DNA of 64,000 bases from Minisyncoccota bacterium. Lineage in GTDB: Bacteria; Patescibacteriota; Minisyncoccia; Minisyncoccales; JAGOPM01. Of this stretch, positions 18,062 through 27,196 are shown one piece after another. The position numbers and the translations under genes were made by a program. The notes under the pieces are model-generated. The model ran no database searches and was not told the origin of the DNA. It saw only the letters and a program-made list of their open reading frames with translations. How positions within the stretch are numbered: the stretch's first letter is position 1; every line of letters starts with the position of its first letter. The stretch lies in assembly GCA_041651395.1 (NCBI GenBank), contig JBAZJI010000001.1:443920-507919 (forward strand), read 5' to 3'.

Positions 18062-19054
18062 TTAGATAGCAGCTTTTAAGCAAAATTCTCCTAGCCTGCA
18101 AGAATAGGCCCATTCATTATCATACCAAGCCACAACCTTTACCAGATTTCCGCTAGCCATGGTTAAGGGCGCGTCTAAAATTGAGGAATAGCTATCACTC
18201 TTAAAGTCCATAGAAACCAACGGCTCTTCGCTGACGCGGAAAACACCTTCAATTTCATTGGCCTTGAAGACATTATTTAGCTCTTCCTTGGTCGTTTCTT
18301 TTTTTAGAGTGCAAACAAAATCAACTATAGAGACCGTCGGTGTGGGCACGCGCAGAGAAAGGCCATCAAGCTTACCGGCTTTCTCCCCCAAAACTTTACC
18401 GACTGTTTTGGCAGCACCCGTGCTGGTGGGGATAATATTCAAGCCAGCGGCGCGAGCGCGGCGCAAATCCTTATGCGGCAAATCCAAAATATTTTGGTCA
18501 TTAGTGTAACTATGGACCGTAGTCATAAATCCTTTTTCAATACCAAAATTATCCGCAAGGATTTTGACGACCGGAGCCAAGCAATTCGTAGTGCAAGATC
18601 CCATATCAATAACATCATCAGAGCAACTGGCTAAATCCTGGTCATTAACTCCTATAACAAATGATTTCACTTTATCGGGCGTTTTTGATGGCGCCGACAA
18701 GATAACTCTTTTGGCTCCGGCTTCGATGTGCTTATGCGCATCTTCGTATTTGGTAAAAGCGCCGGTGCATTCCAAAACAACATCGACTTCAAGCTCTTTC
18801 CAAGGCAATTTAGTGGGATCTTTTTCAGAAAGGAGTTTTATTTCCTTTCCGCCTATCACCATTGCTCCCTCTTTTTCTTCAATTTCAAAGCCGCAATGGC
18901 CATAAGAAGAATCATATTTGAGAAGGTGCACCAAAGTGTGGTTATCAGTGAGATCATTGATGGCCACTACTTCAATTTGCGGGATATTTTTAATAATGTT
19001 TCGAAAGGTTAAACGGCCAATTCTCCCAAAGCCGTTGATTGCAATTTTTGGCAT
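18062..19054 (-). CDS. gap: Glyceraldehyde-3-phosphate dehydrogenase
   Basis: The start MPKIAINGFGRIGR at 19054 begins a 331-aa protein with the active site SCTTNCLAP. The longer 415-aa ORF in the track overlaps the upstream gene and is rejected. Confidence 0.9.
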   Translation of the reverse strand: MPKIAINGFGRIGRLTFRNIIKNIPQIEVVAINDLTDNHTLVHLLKYDSSYGHCGFEIEEKEGAMVIGGKEIKLLSEKDPTKLPWKELEVDVVLECTGAFTKYEDAHKHIEAGAKRVILSAPSKTPDKVKSFVIGVNDQDLASCSDDVIDMGSCTTNCLAPVVKILADNFGIEKGFMTTVHSYTNDQNILDLPHKDLRRARAAGLNIIPTSTGAAKTVGKVLGEKAGKLDGLSLRVPTPTVSIVDFVCTLKKETTKEELNNVFKANEIEGVFRVSEEPLVSMDFKSDSYSSILDAPLTMASGNLVKVVAWYDNEWAYSCRLGEFCLKAAI

Positions 19055-19133
19055 AGTATTTATTTCAAACAAATTATAGCAAATGCGCCCTAAAAAGCAA
19101 AAACCTCCGCGCAAGCGGAGGTTTAAGAAAAAA

Positions 19134-20231
19134 TCAGTTGCAGGAAGCGTTGCTTGAAGCGGCTGCGCCGGTGCTAGGCCCCATACCAGCGGAAGCTGCA
19201 GATTCAGAAAGCTTTTGTTCGCACTCCGAGGGCTTATTATTAAAAGCATTGCAGATAGCCGTCTTGAATCCTTCCGGTGAGCGGGTAACATTTTGTACCT
19301 CAACGCCATTAATGACCATGGTTGGGGAACCCTGAACGCTGAATTGTTTATTCAATTCATCATGCAAGGCAAAGGCCGGGAAACCCTTCTCTTGGCTGTA
19401 TTCGTAGTCTTTGGCATTAGCGGAAAGTTTAAGCTCGGCGAAAGTCTTGCTATAGCAGCTTTCCAGCTTGGCGGTATCAATACCCGCTTTGCTCGCACAG
19501 GTACTGTGAGCGGGATTGTAGCAAGCCTCGGCTGCTGCTTGGGCAGCAGCGGCATCCTTGAGGGCTGCAGCCGCCTTTTGGCAAGCACTGACATCGTAAG
19601 TGGCAAAACAAGTCAAATAAGCATTAAATTTATCATTCTGCTCCTTTCCAATGCAGTACTGCCTGATATTCTGATCAGCCTCTTTTTTGCCGTGCATAAT
19701 ATAATTCACGTAATAAATGCCAATGTCAGCTTTATCCTTGAGCAACTGCATCGCGGGTAAAATAGCCTTCTCGGCCTGCAAGCCAAATGGGCAAAAAGAC
19801 ATGACGAATAGTTTCACTTCTGGCTTATCGCTCTTTTTTACCTCTTTGGTGGCGGCCGTGTTGCCTTCTTTGGTATTCTCTTTCTTTTTGATTTCAATCA
19901 GTTCGCCGGGGAAGATTGCTTGGCCATCCTTAGTTACTGACAAAACGCCTACTTCTATCTCCGTACCCTTGTCATCTTTGGTTTTAATTTTAACCGTGTA
20001 AAGACCATGGCTTTCACTGATGGTTTTTTCGTCATAGAAATATTCCGGGGATTCTGGCGTGCGGAAATTCTCATTAACATATTTCATCGCGTCTTTTATC
20101 GCTACACCTTTGGAAACGCCTCCAATAGAAAGACCGCCCTTCATTGCGAAAGCGAATACGATTGCGAGCAGCAGTAATACCGCTACTATCGGCCAAAGCA
20201 AATTCTGGCCCTTTTGTTGTTCTTCTGCCAT
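19134..20231 (-). CDS. Membrane-anchored thioredoxin/DsbA-fold protein (CPFG variant), paralog B
   Basis: 365 aa with an N-terminal TM helix. Motifs: LFVMSFCPFGLQAEK, YYVNYIMHG, GSPTMVINGVEV, ending ...NASCN. It is a clear paralog of 13978-15180. Confidence 0.6.
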   Translation of the reverse strand: MAEEQQKGQNLLWPIVAVLLLLAIVFAFAMKGGLSIGGVSKGVAIKDAMKYVNENFRTPESPEYFYDEKTISESHGLYTVKIKTKDDKGTEIEVGVLSVTKDGQAIFPGELIEIKKKENTKEGNTAATKEVKKSDKPEVKLFVMSFCPFGLQAEKAILPAMQLLKDKADIGIYYVNYIMHGKKEADQNIRQYCIGKEQNDKFNAYLTCFATYDVSACQKAAAALKDAAAAQAAAEACYNPAHSTCASKAGIDTAKLESCYSKTFAELKLSANAKDYEYSQEKGFPAFALHDELNKQFSVQGSPTMVINGVEVQNVTRSPEGFKTAICNAFNNKPSECEQKLSESAASAGMGPSTGAAASSNASCN

Positions 20232-20320
20232 AAATATTGTGTTTTATTTTTTTATTTTATTTTTTGACTATTTAATTATGGTCCGGGAATAAAAACTGTA
20301 AAGATTGAAAAATATCAAAT

Positions 20321-21844
20321 TTATGTTGTTATTAAGCTTTGCCCGGTCATCTCTCTTGGTTGGGGCAAAGACAGTATCTGTAAAGCTGTGGGCGCGATAT
20401 CTTTTAGCCCGCCATTGGCTTTCAGCTTGGCTTTAGCTAAAGCAGCATCGTGCGAGACCAAGACAAATTCTACCGGATTGGTGGTGTGGCTGGTAGCGGT
20501 TAACTCGCTTTTATCCTCAGCATTACCGTGATCGGCGAAAACAAAAACCGTGTAACCGTTTTGCAAAGCCGCTTCAACAATATCTTTGCAAGCATTGTCC
20601 ACCGCTCTTATCGCTACTTCAATGGCCTCTTTTTTAGCCGTATGGCCAACCATGTCGGCATTAACCAAATTAGTCACGACTAAATCATATTCTTTTTTAT
20701 CAAGCTCAGCGCAAAGGCGTTGGGCAATTTCTGGTGCCGACATTTGCGGCTGCAAATCATAAGTAGCCACCTTAGGAGAATTAATCAAAATCCTTTGTTC
20801 GCCTTCAAAAGGCTTTTCGATTTGGCCGTTAAAAAAGAATGTGACATGCGCATACTTTTCCGTTTCCGAAATTCTTAGCTGCTTTAATCCCGCTTGGCTG
20901 ACTACCTCGCCTAAAAAATTGATAGGCCTTTCTTCGGTAAAGGCGACTAAACAGGGCATGGGGGTATAATATTGCGTCATAGCCACAAAAATGCCCTTAA
21001 ATTTACTACGCGCAAACGGGGCAAATTCTTCTTCGATTAGTGCTTGAGTAATCTGACGGGTTCGATCCGTTCGGAAATTGAAAAATATTAAAGAGTCGCT
21101 GTCGCTCAAACCGCAATACCCTTCTTTGCAGGCTGGGATAATAAACTCGTCGGTTACTTCTTGCGCATAACAGCTCTTTAGATAATCGAAGGGTAAAGAA
21201 AATTTTTCAGCGGCTTGGGCATCTTTTAAGCATTGGTAATATTTTTGCGTGCGTTCAAAACGCTTGTCGCGATCCATGGCGTAATAGCGTCCGGATATCG
21301 TGGCGATTTCGCCAAAACCAATAGCATTGAGCTTTTCCTGAATCTTGCACAAATTGTCGATGCCGGCTTTAGGCGGCGCATCCCGGCCGTCGGTTATAAT
21401 ATGGATTAAAACCTTACGAAAACCTTTTTCTTTGCATAAATCCAAAAGTGCGAACAAATGATCTAAGTGGCTGTGCACGCCCTCAAATTGCGCCAAGCCC
21501 ATTAGGTGCAAATACCCGTTATTTTTAGAAGCATGGTCAAGGGCTGCCAAAAAAGCCGCATTGGAAAAAAATGTCCTATCCCCAATGGCGTGCAAAATAC
21601 GCGGCAACGATTGGTAGATAACCCGGCCGCCGCCGATAGTCATGTGCCCGACTTCGGAATTTCCTTGATAGCCTTCCGGCAAGCCTACGGCCTCGCCACT
21701 GCATTTCAAAAGCGTATGTGGGTATTGCGCAGCCAAAGAAAAACAAAAAGGCGCATTTGAAGCATTGACAAAATTATGTTCGGAGTTTTCCGAATAGCCC
21801 CAACCATCACGGATTAAAAATAAAACGGGATTTTTCGCCTTCAT
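20321..21844 (-). CDS. gpmI: 2,3-bisphosphoglycerate-independent phosphoglycerate mutase
   Basis: 507 aa with [20 protein letters not shown] and ADHGNAE, the typical iPGM pattern. Confidence 0.9.
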   Translation of the reverse strand: MKAKNPVLFLIRDGWGYSENSEHNFVNASNAPFCFSLAAQYPHTLLKCSGEAVGLPEGYQGNSEVGHMTIGGGRVIYQSLPRILHAIGDRTFFSNAAFLAALDHASKNNGYLHLMGLAQFEGVHSHLDHLFALLDLCKEKGFRKVLIHIITDGRDAPPKAGIDNLCKIQEKLNAIGFGEIATISGRYYAMDRDKRFERTQKYYQCLKDAQAAEKFSLPFDYLKSCYAQEVTDEFIIPACKEGYCGLSDSDSLIFFNFRTDRTRQITQALIEEEFAPFARSKFKGIFVAMTQYYTPMPCLVAFTEERPINFLGEVVSQAGLKQLRISETEKYAHVTFFFNGQIEKPFEGEQRILINSPKVATYDLQPQMSAPEIAQRLCAELDKKEYDLVVTNLVNADMVGHTAKKEAIEVAIRAVDNACKDIVEAALQNGYTVFVFADHGNAEDKSELTATSHTTNPVEFVLVSHDAALAKAKLKANGGLKDIAPTALQILSLPQPREMTGQSLITT

Positions 21845-23139
21845 CTTATTTGGCGGAAATTATTACCGGCATATTCACAATTAAGGCCCAACTCCTCCTC
21901 GATGCGCATAAGCTGATTATATTTGGCCAGCCTTTCAGAGCGGCAAGGTGCACCGGTTTTAATTTGCCCGGCCATAATACCCACAACCAAATCCGCAATG
22001 AAGCTATCCTCTGTCTCGCCTGAACGATGCGAAACCATTACGCCCCAATTAGCCCCTTTGGCATCGATACAAGCCTGAACTGCTTCGGAAACCGTACCAA
22101 TCTGGTTAACCTTAAGCAATAAGGCGTTGCAGGCCTTTTTCTCGATAGCCGTGGCAATCCTCTTGGGATTGGTAACCAACAAATCGTCTCCGACAATTTG
22201 GACTTTCTCACCCAAAGCCTCGGTTAATTTTTGGTAAGACTGCCAGTCGTCCTGGTCAAAAGGATCTTCGATAGAGACAATATCGTATTTCTCCACAAAA
22301 CCTTTATAAATTTCCACCATCTCATCTCCGGTTTTCCAATCCGCTTGGGCAGCCTCGCCCTTGAAATTCAAATTATACTTCCCCTCTTGAAAAAACTCCG
22401 AAGCGGCTACATCCATGCCGATTTTTACCTTGCCCGAATAGCCGGCCTTTTTAATGGCTTCGCTTAAAATATCCAAGGCCTCGTGGGCATCATGGACATC
22501 CGGAGCAAAACCGCCTTCGTCGCCGACATTGGTGGCATTTAGGCCGTATTTAGTTTTGAGAATAGATTTAAGAGTTTGATAAATTTCTGCTCCGTAGCGC
22601 ATCGCTTCGTGGAAATTTGGTGCACCTACCGGCAAAATCATAAATTCTTGCATGGCCAATTTATTGCCCGCATGACTGCCACCATTAATAACATTTAGGC
22701 TGGGCACAGGCAAAACAAATTTATGCACATCGAAATTTTTGGCCAAAAATGCATACAATGGCAAACCCTCTTGGGCGGCCAAAGCTTTGCATGCGGCCAT
22801 AGAAACCGCCAAAATCGCATTGGCTCCAAATTTGCTTTTATTCTCCGTTCCGTCAGCGTGCAAAAGCAAAGCGTCAACTTCGGCAATAGTGGCCACCTCC
22901 CGATTTTCTAAAAGCCGGGCAATCGCTTCGTTGACATTTTTTACTGCTTTAAGCACTCCCTTGCCGCCAAAGCGCGCCTTGTCGCCATCGCGCATTTCTA
23001 AGGCTTCGTAAATGCCGGTACTGGCCCCGGAGGGCACTGAAGAGCGGAATAACCCTTTTTCAGTCAGTAAATCAACCTCCACAGTGGGGTTTCCGCGAGA
23101 ATCTAAAATCTCGCGGGCAATTATTCGTTGTATTTTCAT
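21841..23139 (-). CDS. eno: Enolase
   Basis: 432 aa with [15 protein letters not shown] and SHRSGETED. There is a 4-nt overlap with gpmI. Confidence 0.95.
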   Translation of the reverse strand: MKIQRIIAREILDSRGNPTVEVDLLTEKGLFRSSVPSGASTGIYEALEMRDGDKARFGGKGVLKAVKNVNEAIARLLENREVATIAEVDALLLHADGTENKSKFGANAILAVSMAACKALAAQEGLPLYAFLAKNFDVHKFVLPVPSLNVINGGSHAGNKLAMQEFMILPVGAPNFHEAMRYGAEIYQTLKSILKTKYGLNATNVGDEGGFAPDVHDAHEALDILSEAIKKAGYSGKVKIGMDVAASEFFQEGKYNLNFKGEAAQADWKTGDEMVEIYKGFVEKYDIVSIEDPFDQDDWQSYQKLTEALGEKVQIVGDDLLVTNPKRIATAIEKKACNALLLKVNQIGTVSEAVQACIDAKGANWGVMVSHRSGETEDSFIADLVVGIMAGQIKTGAPCRSERLAKYNQLMRIEEELGLNCEYAGNNFRQIR

Positions 23140-24014
23140 AGATCTAGTTTTTTAAGATATTCTTTGAATTCCTTGAATTCGGGATTTTGGATTGCAAACT
23201 CAACTACGGTTTTCAAATATTCTACTTTATTTCCCGTATCATAATATTTTCCATCATCTAAAACGATTGTATAAACCGGTACGCCCTCTGATTGCAATAA
23301 ATTAATGGCGTCCACCAACCAAACTTCCCCGCCCTTACCCGGCTTAATACGCTTAAGAGCGTCAATAATTTCAGGTGGCAAAATGTAAGCGCCATGCGTA
23401 GCGATATTGGAAGGAGCTTCATCGGGATCTGGCTTTTCGACAATTTTTTTGACTTTATAAATATTACCTTCGACTGGTTCGAGATCGGCAATACCATAGC
23501 GGCGAAGATCTTCCTTCTTTTCAATGCGAACACCAGAAATGACAATTCCGCCAAATTTCTCATAAACTTCAATCATCTGTTTGAGCCGTGGCGGATTGGC
23601 ATGAATAAATTCATCTCCCCAAAGTACGGCAAATGGCTCATTATTTATAACCGGCTCGGCACACAAAACTGGCGTGCCATTGCCATAGGCGCCCTTTTGC
23701 CTAATGTAGATAAAATTAGCCATAGTAGCAATATCGGTAATCTCCTTGAGTATTTTTTCTTTGCCACCGGCTTGCAAATTATTAACTAAATCTTGGTTCG
23801 GCACGTCAAAATGGTCCTCGATAGCGCGCTTATTGGCGCCAGTCACAATCACGACATTTTCCAACCCGGAATCAACGATTTCTTCGACTACATATTGGAT
23901 AACCGGCTTATCGACGATGGGGAGCATCTCTTTGGGCATGGCTTTGGTCTGCGGCAAAAATCGCGTTCCCATTCCGGCGGCCGGAATTACAGCTGTTCTA
24001 ATTTTCTTTTGCAT
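23136..24014 (-). CDS. galU: UTP-glucose-1-phosphate uridylyltransferase
   Basis: 292 aa with [30 protein letters not shown]. Confidence 0.85.
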   Translation of the reverse strand: MQKKIRTAVIPAAGMGTRFLPQTKAMPKEMLPIVDKPVIQYVVEEIVDSGLENVVIVTGANKRAIEDHFDVPNQDLVNNLQAGGKEKILKEITDIATMANFIYIRQKGAYGNGTPVLCAEPVINNEPFAVLWGDEFIHANPPRLKQMIEVYEKFGGIVISGVRIEKKEDLRRYGIADLEPVEGNIYKVKKIVEKPDPDEAPSNIATHGAYILPPEIIDALKRIKPGKGGEVWLVDAINLLQSEGVPVYTIVLDDGKYYDTGNKVEYLKTVVEFAIQNPEFKEFKEYLKKLDL

Positions 24015-24020
24015 ATATTT

Positions 24021-25388
24021 TTACTTTTTAATTCTTAGAAACGCAGGGATATCCCATTTCTTTTCCTGTTCCGAAATTTTCTTTTCGCTATCTTCAGTCT
24101 CACGCTTAATCTCGATGGCATTCTTGCGCAAATTGTCACTGCCCTTATCGGGCGCAGGATGAGTAGTAATGGTAATTTTTTGAGCCGGCTTGCCAATTGC
24201 TTTTCTCGCAGGCTTCTTGTGTTTGGCTTTCGGTGCCGGCGGCTTTACTTCGGGCTTAACTTCGGGTTTGCTTTCGCGGAAAATAGCATCACGAATATTT
24301 TTGACAGGACTACCCTCGCCAATGGCCAAAAGTGTTACCCGGATCTTGTCGCTTTTATCCGAGCGCAACAAAATTCCGAAAATTATTTTGGCTTTAATGT
24401 TGGGCGAAGTGATGCGTTGGGCGATTTCTTCAACCTCCATCATTTTCAAATCAGCCGGACCGGTTATATTAAACATTATTCTCTCAACTTCAATAGCCTT
24501 CGCCTCGCGCCCGCTGACAATACCATTGTCCACTAAAGGATTATCCAAAAGTTTCTCGATCATGGTATTGAGGTCTTTACGCTCCCCCTCAATGCTATTT
24601 TGATAAGCGGTTTTGCCATATCCCTCCAAAATACTTCGAAAATCCGCAAAATCGATATTGATCAAGCCCGCTTCATAAAGTGTTTCCAAGAGGCCTTTTA
24701 TGGTCATGGCCAAACTTTTGTTAATGGCCGAAAACGATTGTTTGATGGCTGTACGCGGGTCAATTACCTTAAATATTTTTTCATTGGGAATAACCAAAGA
24801 AGCAGAAAGATGCGGTCGGATATTTTCCAAAGACTCATGGGCAATGCGGCGGCGTTTTTCTCCCTCAAATTCGAACGGCAGGGTAAAAATTCCCAAACTG
24901 ATTTTGTGCGCCAGACGTGAAGCTTCGGCAAAAATCGGCATCGCTCCCGAGCCGGTTCCCCCGCCTAGGCCGGAGATAAAAATGCACAAATCGCAATTAG
25001 CTACTTCTCTTTTTATCTCTTCTTTAGATTGCTCGGCGGCTTGGCGGGCTAAATCAGGATTCATACCACAGCCCAGGCCATTAGTTAAACCCTTGCCCAA
25101 AACCAATTTGCGGACATTTTCGGGCAAAGATTCCAAACTTTGAATATCGGTATTGGCAGCCAAAAAAGAAATTTTCTTATTGGGGGCAACGATATTGGCA
25201 ATTTCCCCGACAATCGAGCAACCTCCGCCACCCACTCCAAAAACCTTTATTTTAATTGCCGGGTTTTCCATGGAGTGCGCTTTGGCTTGTTCAATTATCT
25301 CCTTGGCAATATCTTGAGATAAAGGGGCTGGAGCTTTGGTTTGATTTTTTTTATCCGCTTTTTCCATAAAATTTGGCAGAATTACCAT
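24021..25388 (-). CDS. ftsZ: Cell division protein FtsZ
   Basis: GVGGGGCSIV, the tubulin signature GGGTGSGAMP, a K/P-rich linker and the C-terminal peptide DIPAFLRIKK. An alternative start lies at 25367. Confidence 0.9.
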   Translation of the reverse strand: MVILPNFMEKADKKNQTKAPAPLSQDIAKEIIEQAKAHSMENPAIKIKVFGVGGGGCSIVGEIANIVAPNKKISFLAANTDIQSLESLPENVRKLVLGKGLTNGLGCGMNPDLARQAAEQSKEEIKREVANCDLCIFISGLGGGTGSGAMPIFAEASRLAHKISLGIFTLPFEFEGEKRRRIAHESLENIRPHLSASLVIPNEKIFKVIDPRTAIKQSFSAINKSLAMTIKGLLETLYEAGLINIDFADFRSILEGYGKTAYQNSIEGERKDLNTMIEKLLDNPLVDNGIVSGREAKAIEVERIMFNITGPADLKMMEVEEIAQRITSPNIKAKIIFGILLRSDKSDKIRVTLLAIGEGSPVKNIRDAIFRESKPEVKPEVKPPAPKAKHKKPARKAIGKPAQKITITTHPAPDKGSDNLRKNAIEIKRETEDSEKKISEQEKKWDIPAFLRIKK

Positions 25389-25942
25389 TCTGCCCGGTTA
25401 ATTTTCAAATAAAAACCGATTTTGTTGATAATAACGTGTAAAATAAAAGTGAAGACCAGTAAAATTACCCAAATCCGGATATCGGCCAGCTTCCCGATGA
25501 GCAAAAATACAAAACCCACGCCGATAACATAATTGATCTGGTCCCAAATAATCCAACTTTCCCCGGGCTCCAAATCAATCCGCCTCTTAATAAAGCTAAA
25601 AAGCAAATCGCCACAAAGCGCGCCTAAAGGAATAAGTATGCCTAGCCATAAAGGTTCTCTACTATAATCAAGAATGGAGACGGCTTGAAAAAAATCCGCC
25701 ACATAAAGCAATTTCTGCACAACATAAATTAAAAAGCCGACTAAAGTCCCTAAAATAAGCCCGCGCCAAGTTTTGTGGTCTCCAAAAATATCCTTGCCCC
25801 GAAATTTCCTTCCTCCGTCAACGGGCTTATTCAAAAATTCCGCAATACCCAAAAAGCGTAAAACCGGCGGTGTCATATTGGCAAAATACGCCGGCAAAAA
25901 AAAGTATAAACACTGGACGATTAATTGGGAGGAAAAATTCAT
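25382..25942 (-). CDS. CDP-archaeol synthase-like (CarS / DUF46 family) membrane protein
   Basis: 186 aa with about 5 TM helices. Motifs: LPAYFANMTPPVL, KPVDGG..FRGKDIFGDHKTWRG, GDLLFSFIKRRIDLEPGE, WDQINY. These match the CarS family pattern as I remember it. Confidence 0.65.
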   Translation of the reverse strand: MNFSSQLIVQCLYFFLPAYFANMTPPVLRFLGIAEFLNKPVDGGRKFRGKDIFGDHKTWRGLILGTLVGFLIYVVQKLLYVADFFQAVSILDYSREPLWLGILIPLGALCGDLLFSFIKRRIDLEPGESWIIWDQINYVIGVGFVFLLIGKLADIRIWVILLVFTFILHVIINKIGFYLKINRAEW

Positions 25943-27195
25943 CAGATAAGCTTTGATTGTTTTTTTTCTTTGCGATGAGCTGCTTCTAAACCTTTTAACT
26001 TGCCGTAAACTCCGTCGTAACCGGCCTCCATTTTCACTTTATCTAAGCGCACTAGCTCAACAGCAGTGGCAATTTGTTCATCGGAACAGCGGGCAATGTC
26101 GGCTATTGGCGTTTCAAGTAATAATTCAAACTCACTGGCGACATTTGGGACCAGTTTTTCATATTGCTCTTTCACCTTGCGGCTAGTGGGGCCAACACCA
26201 AAAACATAAGCAATTATCTCTTCAAGCGGGACAATATGCTTAAAGCCGATAGCGCCCTCGGGCCTAAAACCTGAAGGATACTGGGCAATTTGCTCAACCC
26301 GGCTTAACACGCCGATTGTAAGTTTTTGCCCGCAAACCGGACATAGGCCATTATAGCGCGCAGTTTCTTTTGGGTCAAAGCTTATTTGACAATTAGCATG
26401 CCCATCATTGTAATATTTACCCTCTTGCGGAAAAAACTCTATTGTGTTCAAAAATTGGCTATTGTCCCGTTTTTTAATTGCCTCAACAATGGAGGTGTAA
26501 TCCAAATCGCAGGCAAAAACATTAGCCTCGCGGCCTAATTTCTGGATAGAATGCGCATCAGAATTGCTTAACAGTGAAAGGCGGCTGCCATCGCTTGTGC
26601 GCCAAACCATAGCTGGGTCAGCGGAGAGCCCGGTTTCTAAAGCATAAATTTCTGGAGTTAACTCCTCAAAACATTCCTGCAAGGAATCAAAACCCGATTT
26701 ACTGCCAAAAACCGAAAACCACGGCGTAAAGCAATGGCCTGGAACAAAAAGCCCTTGTGGCGCGCAATCCAAAAAAATTTTCAGCAGTTCTTTGGTATCT
26801 AGTCCCAAAATCGGCCGCCCATCGGAATGCAAATTGAATTTTCCCAGCTTCTCGTTAAATTTTTTAGCCGCAGCAATATCGGGAAAAATTACCACAATAT
26901 GAACCTTGCGCACCTTACCGCCCTTACTGTAGATGCAGCTGATTTCCCCGGTAACGGCAAAATGCACTTGTTTTTCTGGTTCTAAAAGCGAATCACGCAA
27001 AAGATAAAAACCGCTGTCCGTTTGTTCCAGTTTAGTTTCCATCTCTTTCATCCACAAAGGATGGGTACAGTCCCCTGTACCCAAAACTTTAATGCCTTTG
27101 CGGTGCGCCCCTTGTTCAAGCGCCTCTAAAGTAATAGCGCTGGAAGTGGCGCGCGAATATCGGGAATGAATGTGGAAATCGGCTATCAACTTCAT
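25942..27195 (-). CDS. Endonuclease Q-like (PHP domain plus zinc finger)
   Basis: MKLIADFHIHSRYSRATS ... GTGDCTHPLW, SNSDAHS, and CPVCGQKLTIGVLSRV. I chose the ATG at 27195, 1 nt after the upstream stop; the track extends to 27225. Confidence 0.65.
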   Translation of the reverse strand: MKLIADFHIHSRYSRATSSAITLEALEQGAHRKGIKVLGTGDCTHPLWMKEMETKLEQTDSGFYLLRDSLLEPEKQVHFAVTGEISCIYSKGGKVRKVHIVVIFPDIAAAKKFNEKLGKFNLHSDGRPILGLDTKELLKIFLDCAPQGLFVPGHCFTPWFSVFGSKSGFDSLQECFEELTPEIYALETGLSADPAMVWRTSDGSRLSLLSNSDAHSIQKLGREANVFACDLDYTSIVEAIKKRDNSQFLNTIEFFPQEGKYYNDGHANCQISFDPKETARYNGLCPVCGQKLTIGVLSRVEQIAQYPSGFRPEGAIGFKHIVPLEEIIAYVFGVGPTSRKVKEQYEKLVPNVASEFELLLETPIADIARCSDEQIATAVELVRLDKVKMEAGYDGVYGKLKGLEAAHRKEKKQSKLI

Positions 27196-27196
27196 A

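Noticed and set aside
19055-19309. N-terminal 85-aa extension of the GAPDH ORF (415-aa version)
   Set aside because: The extension overlaps the 3' end of the upstream thioredoxin-fold gene. The canonical MPKIAINGFGRIGR start is at 19054.
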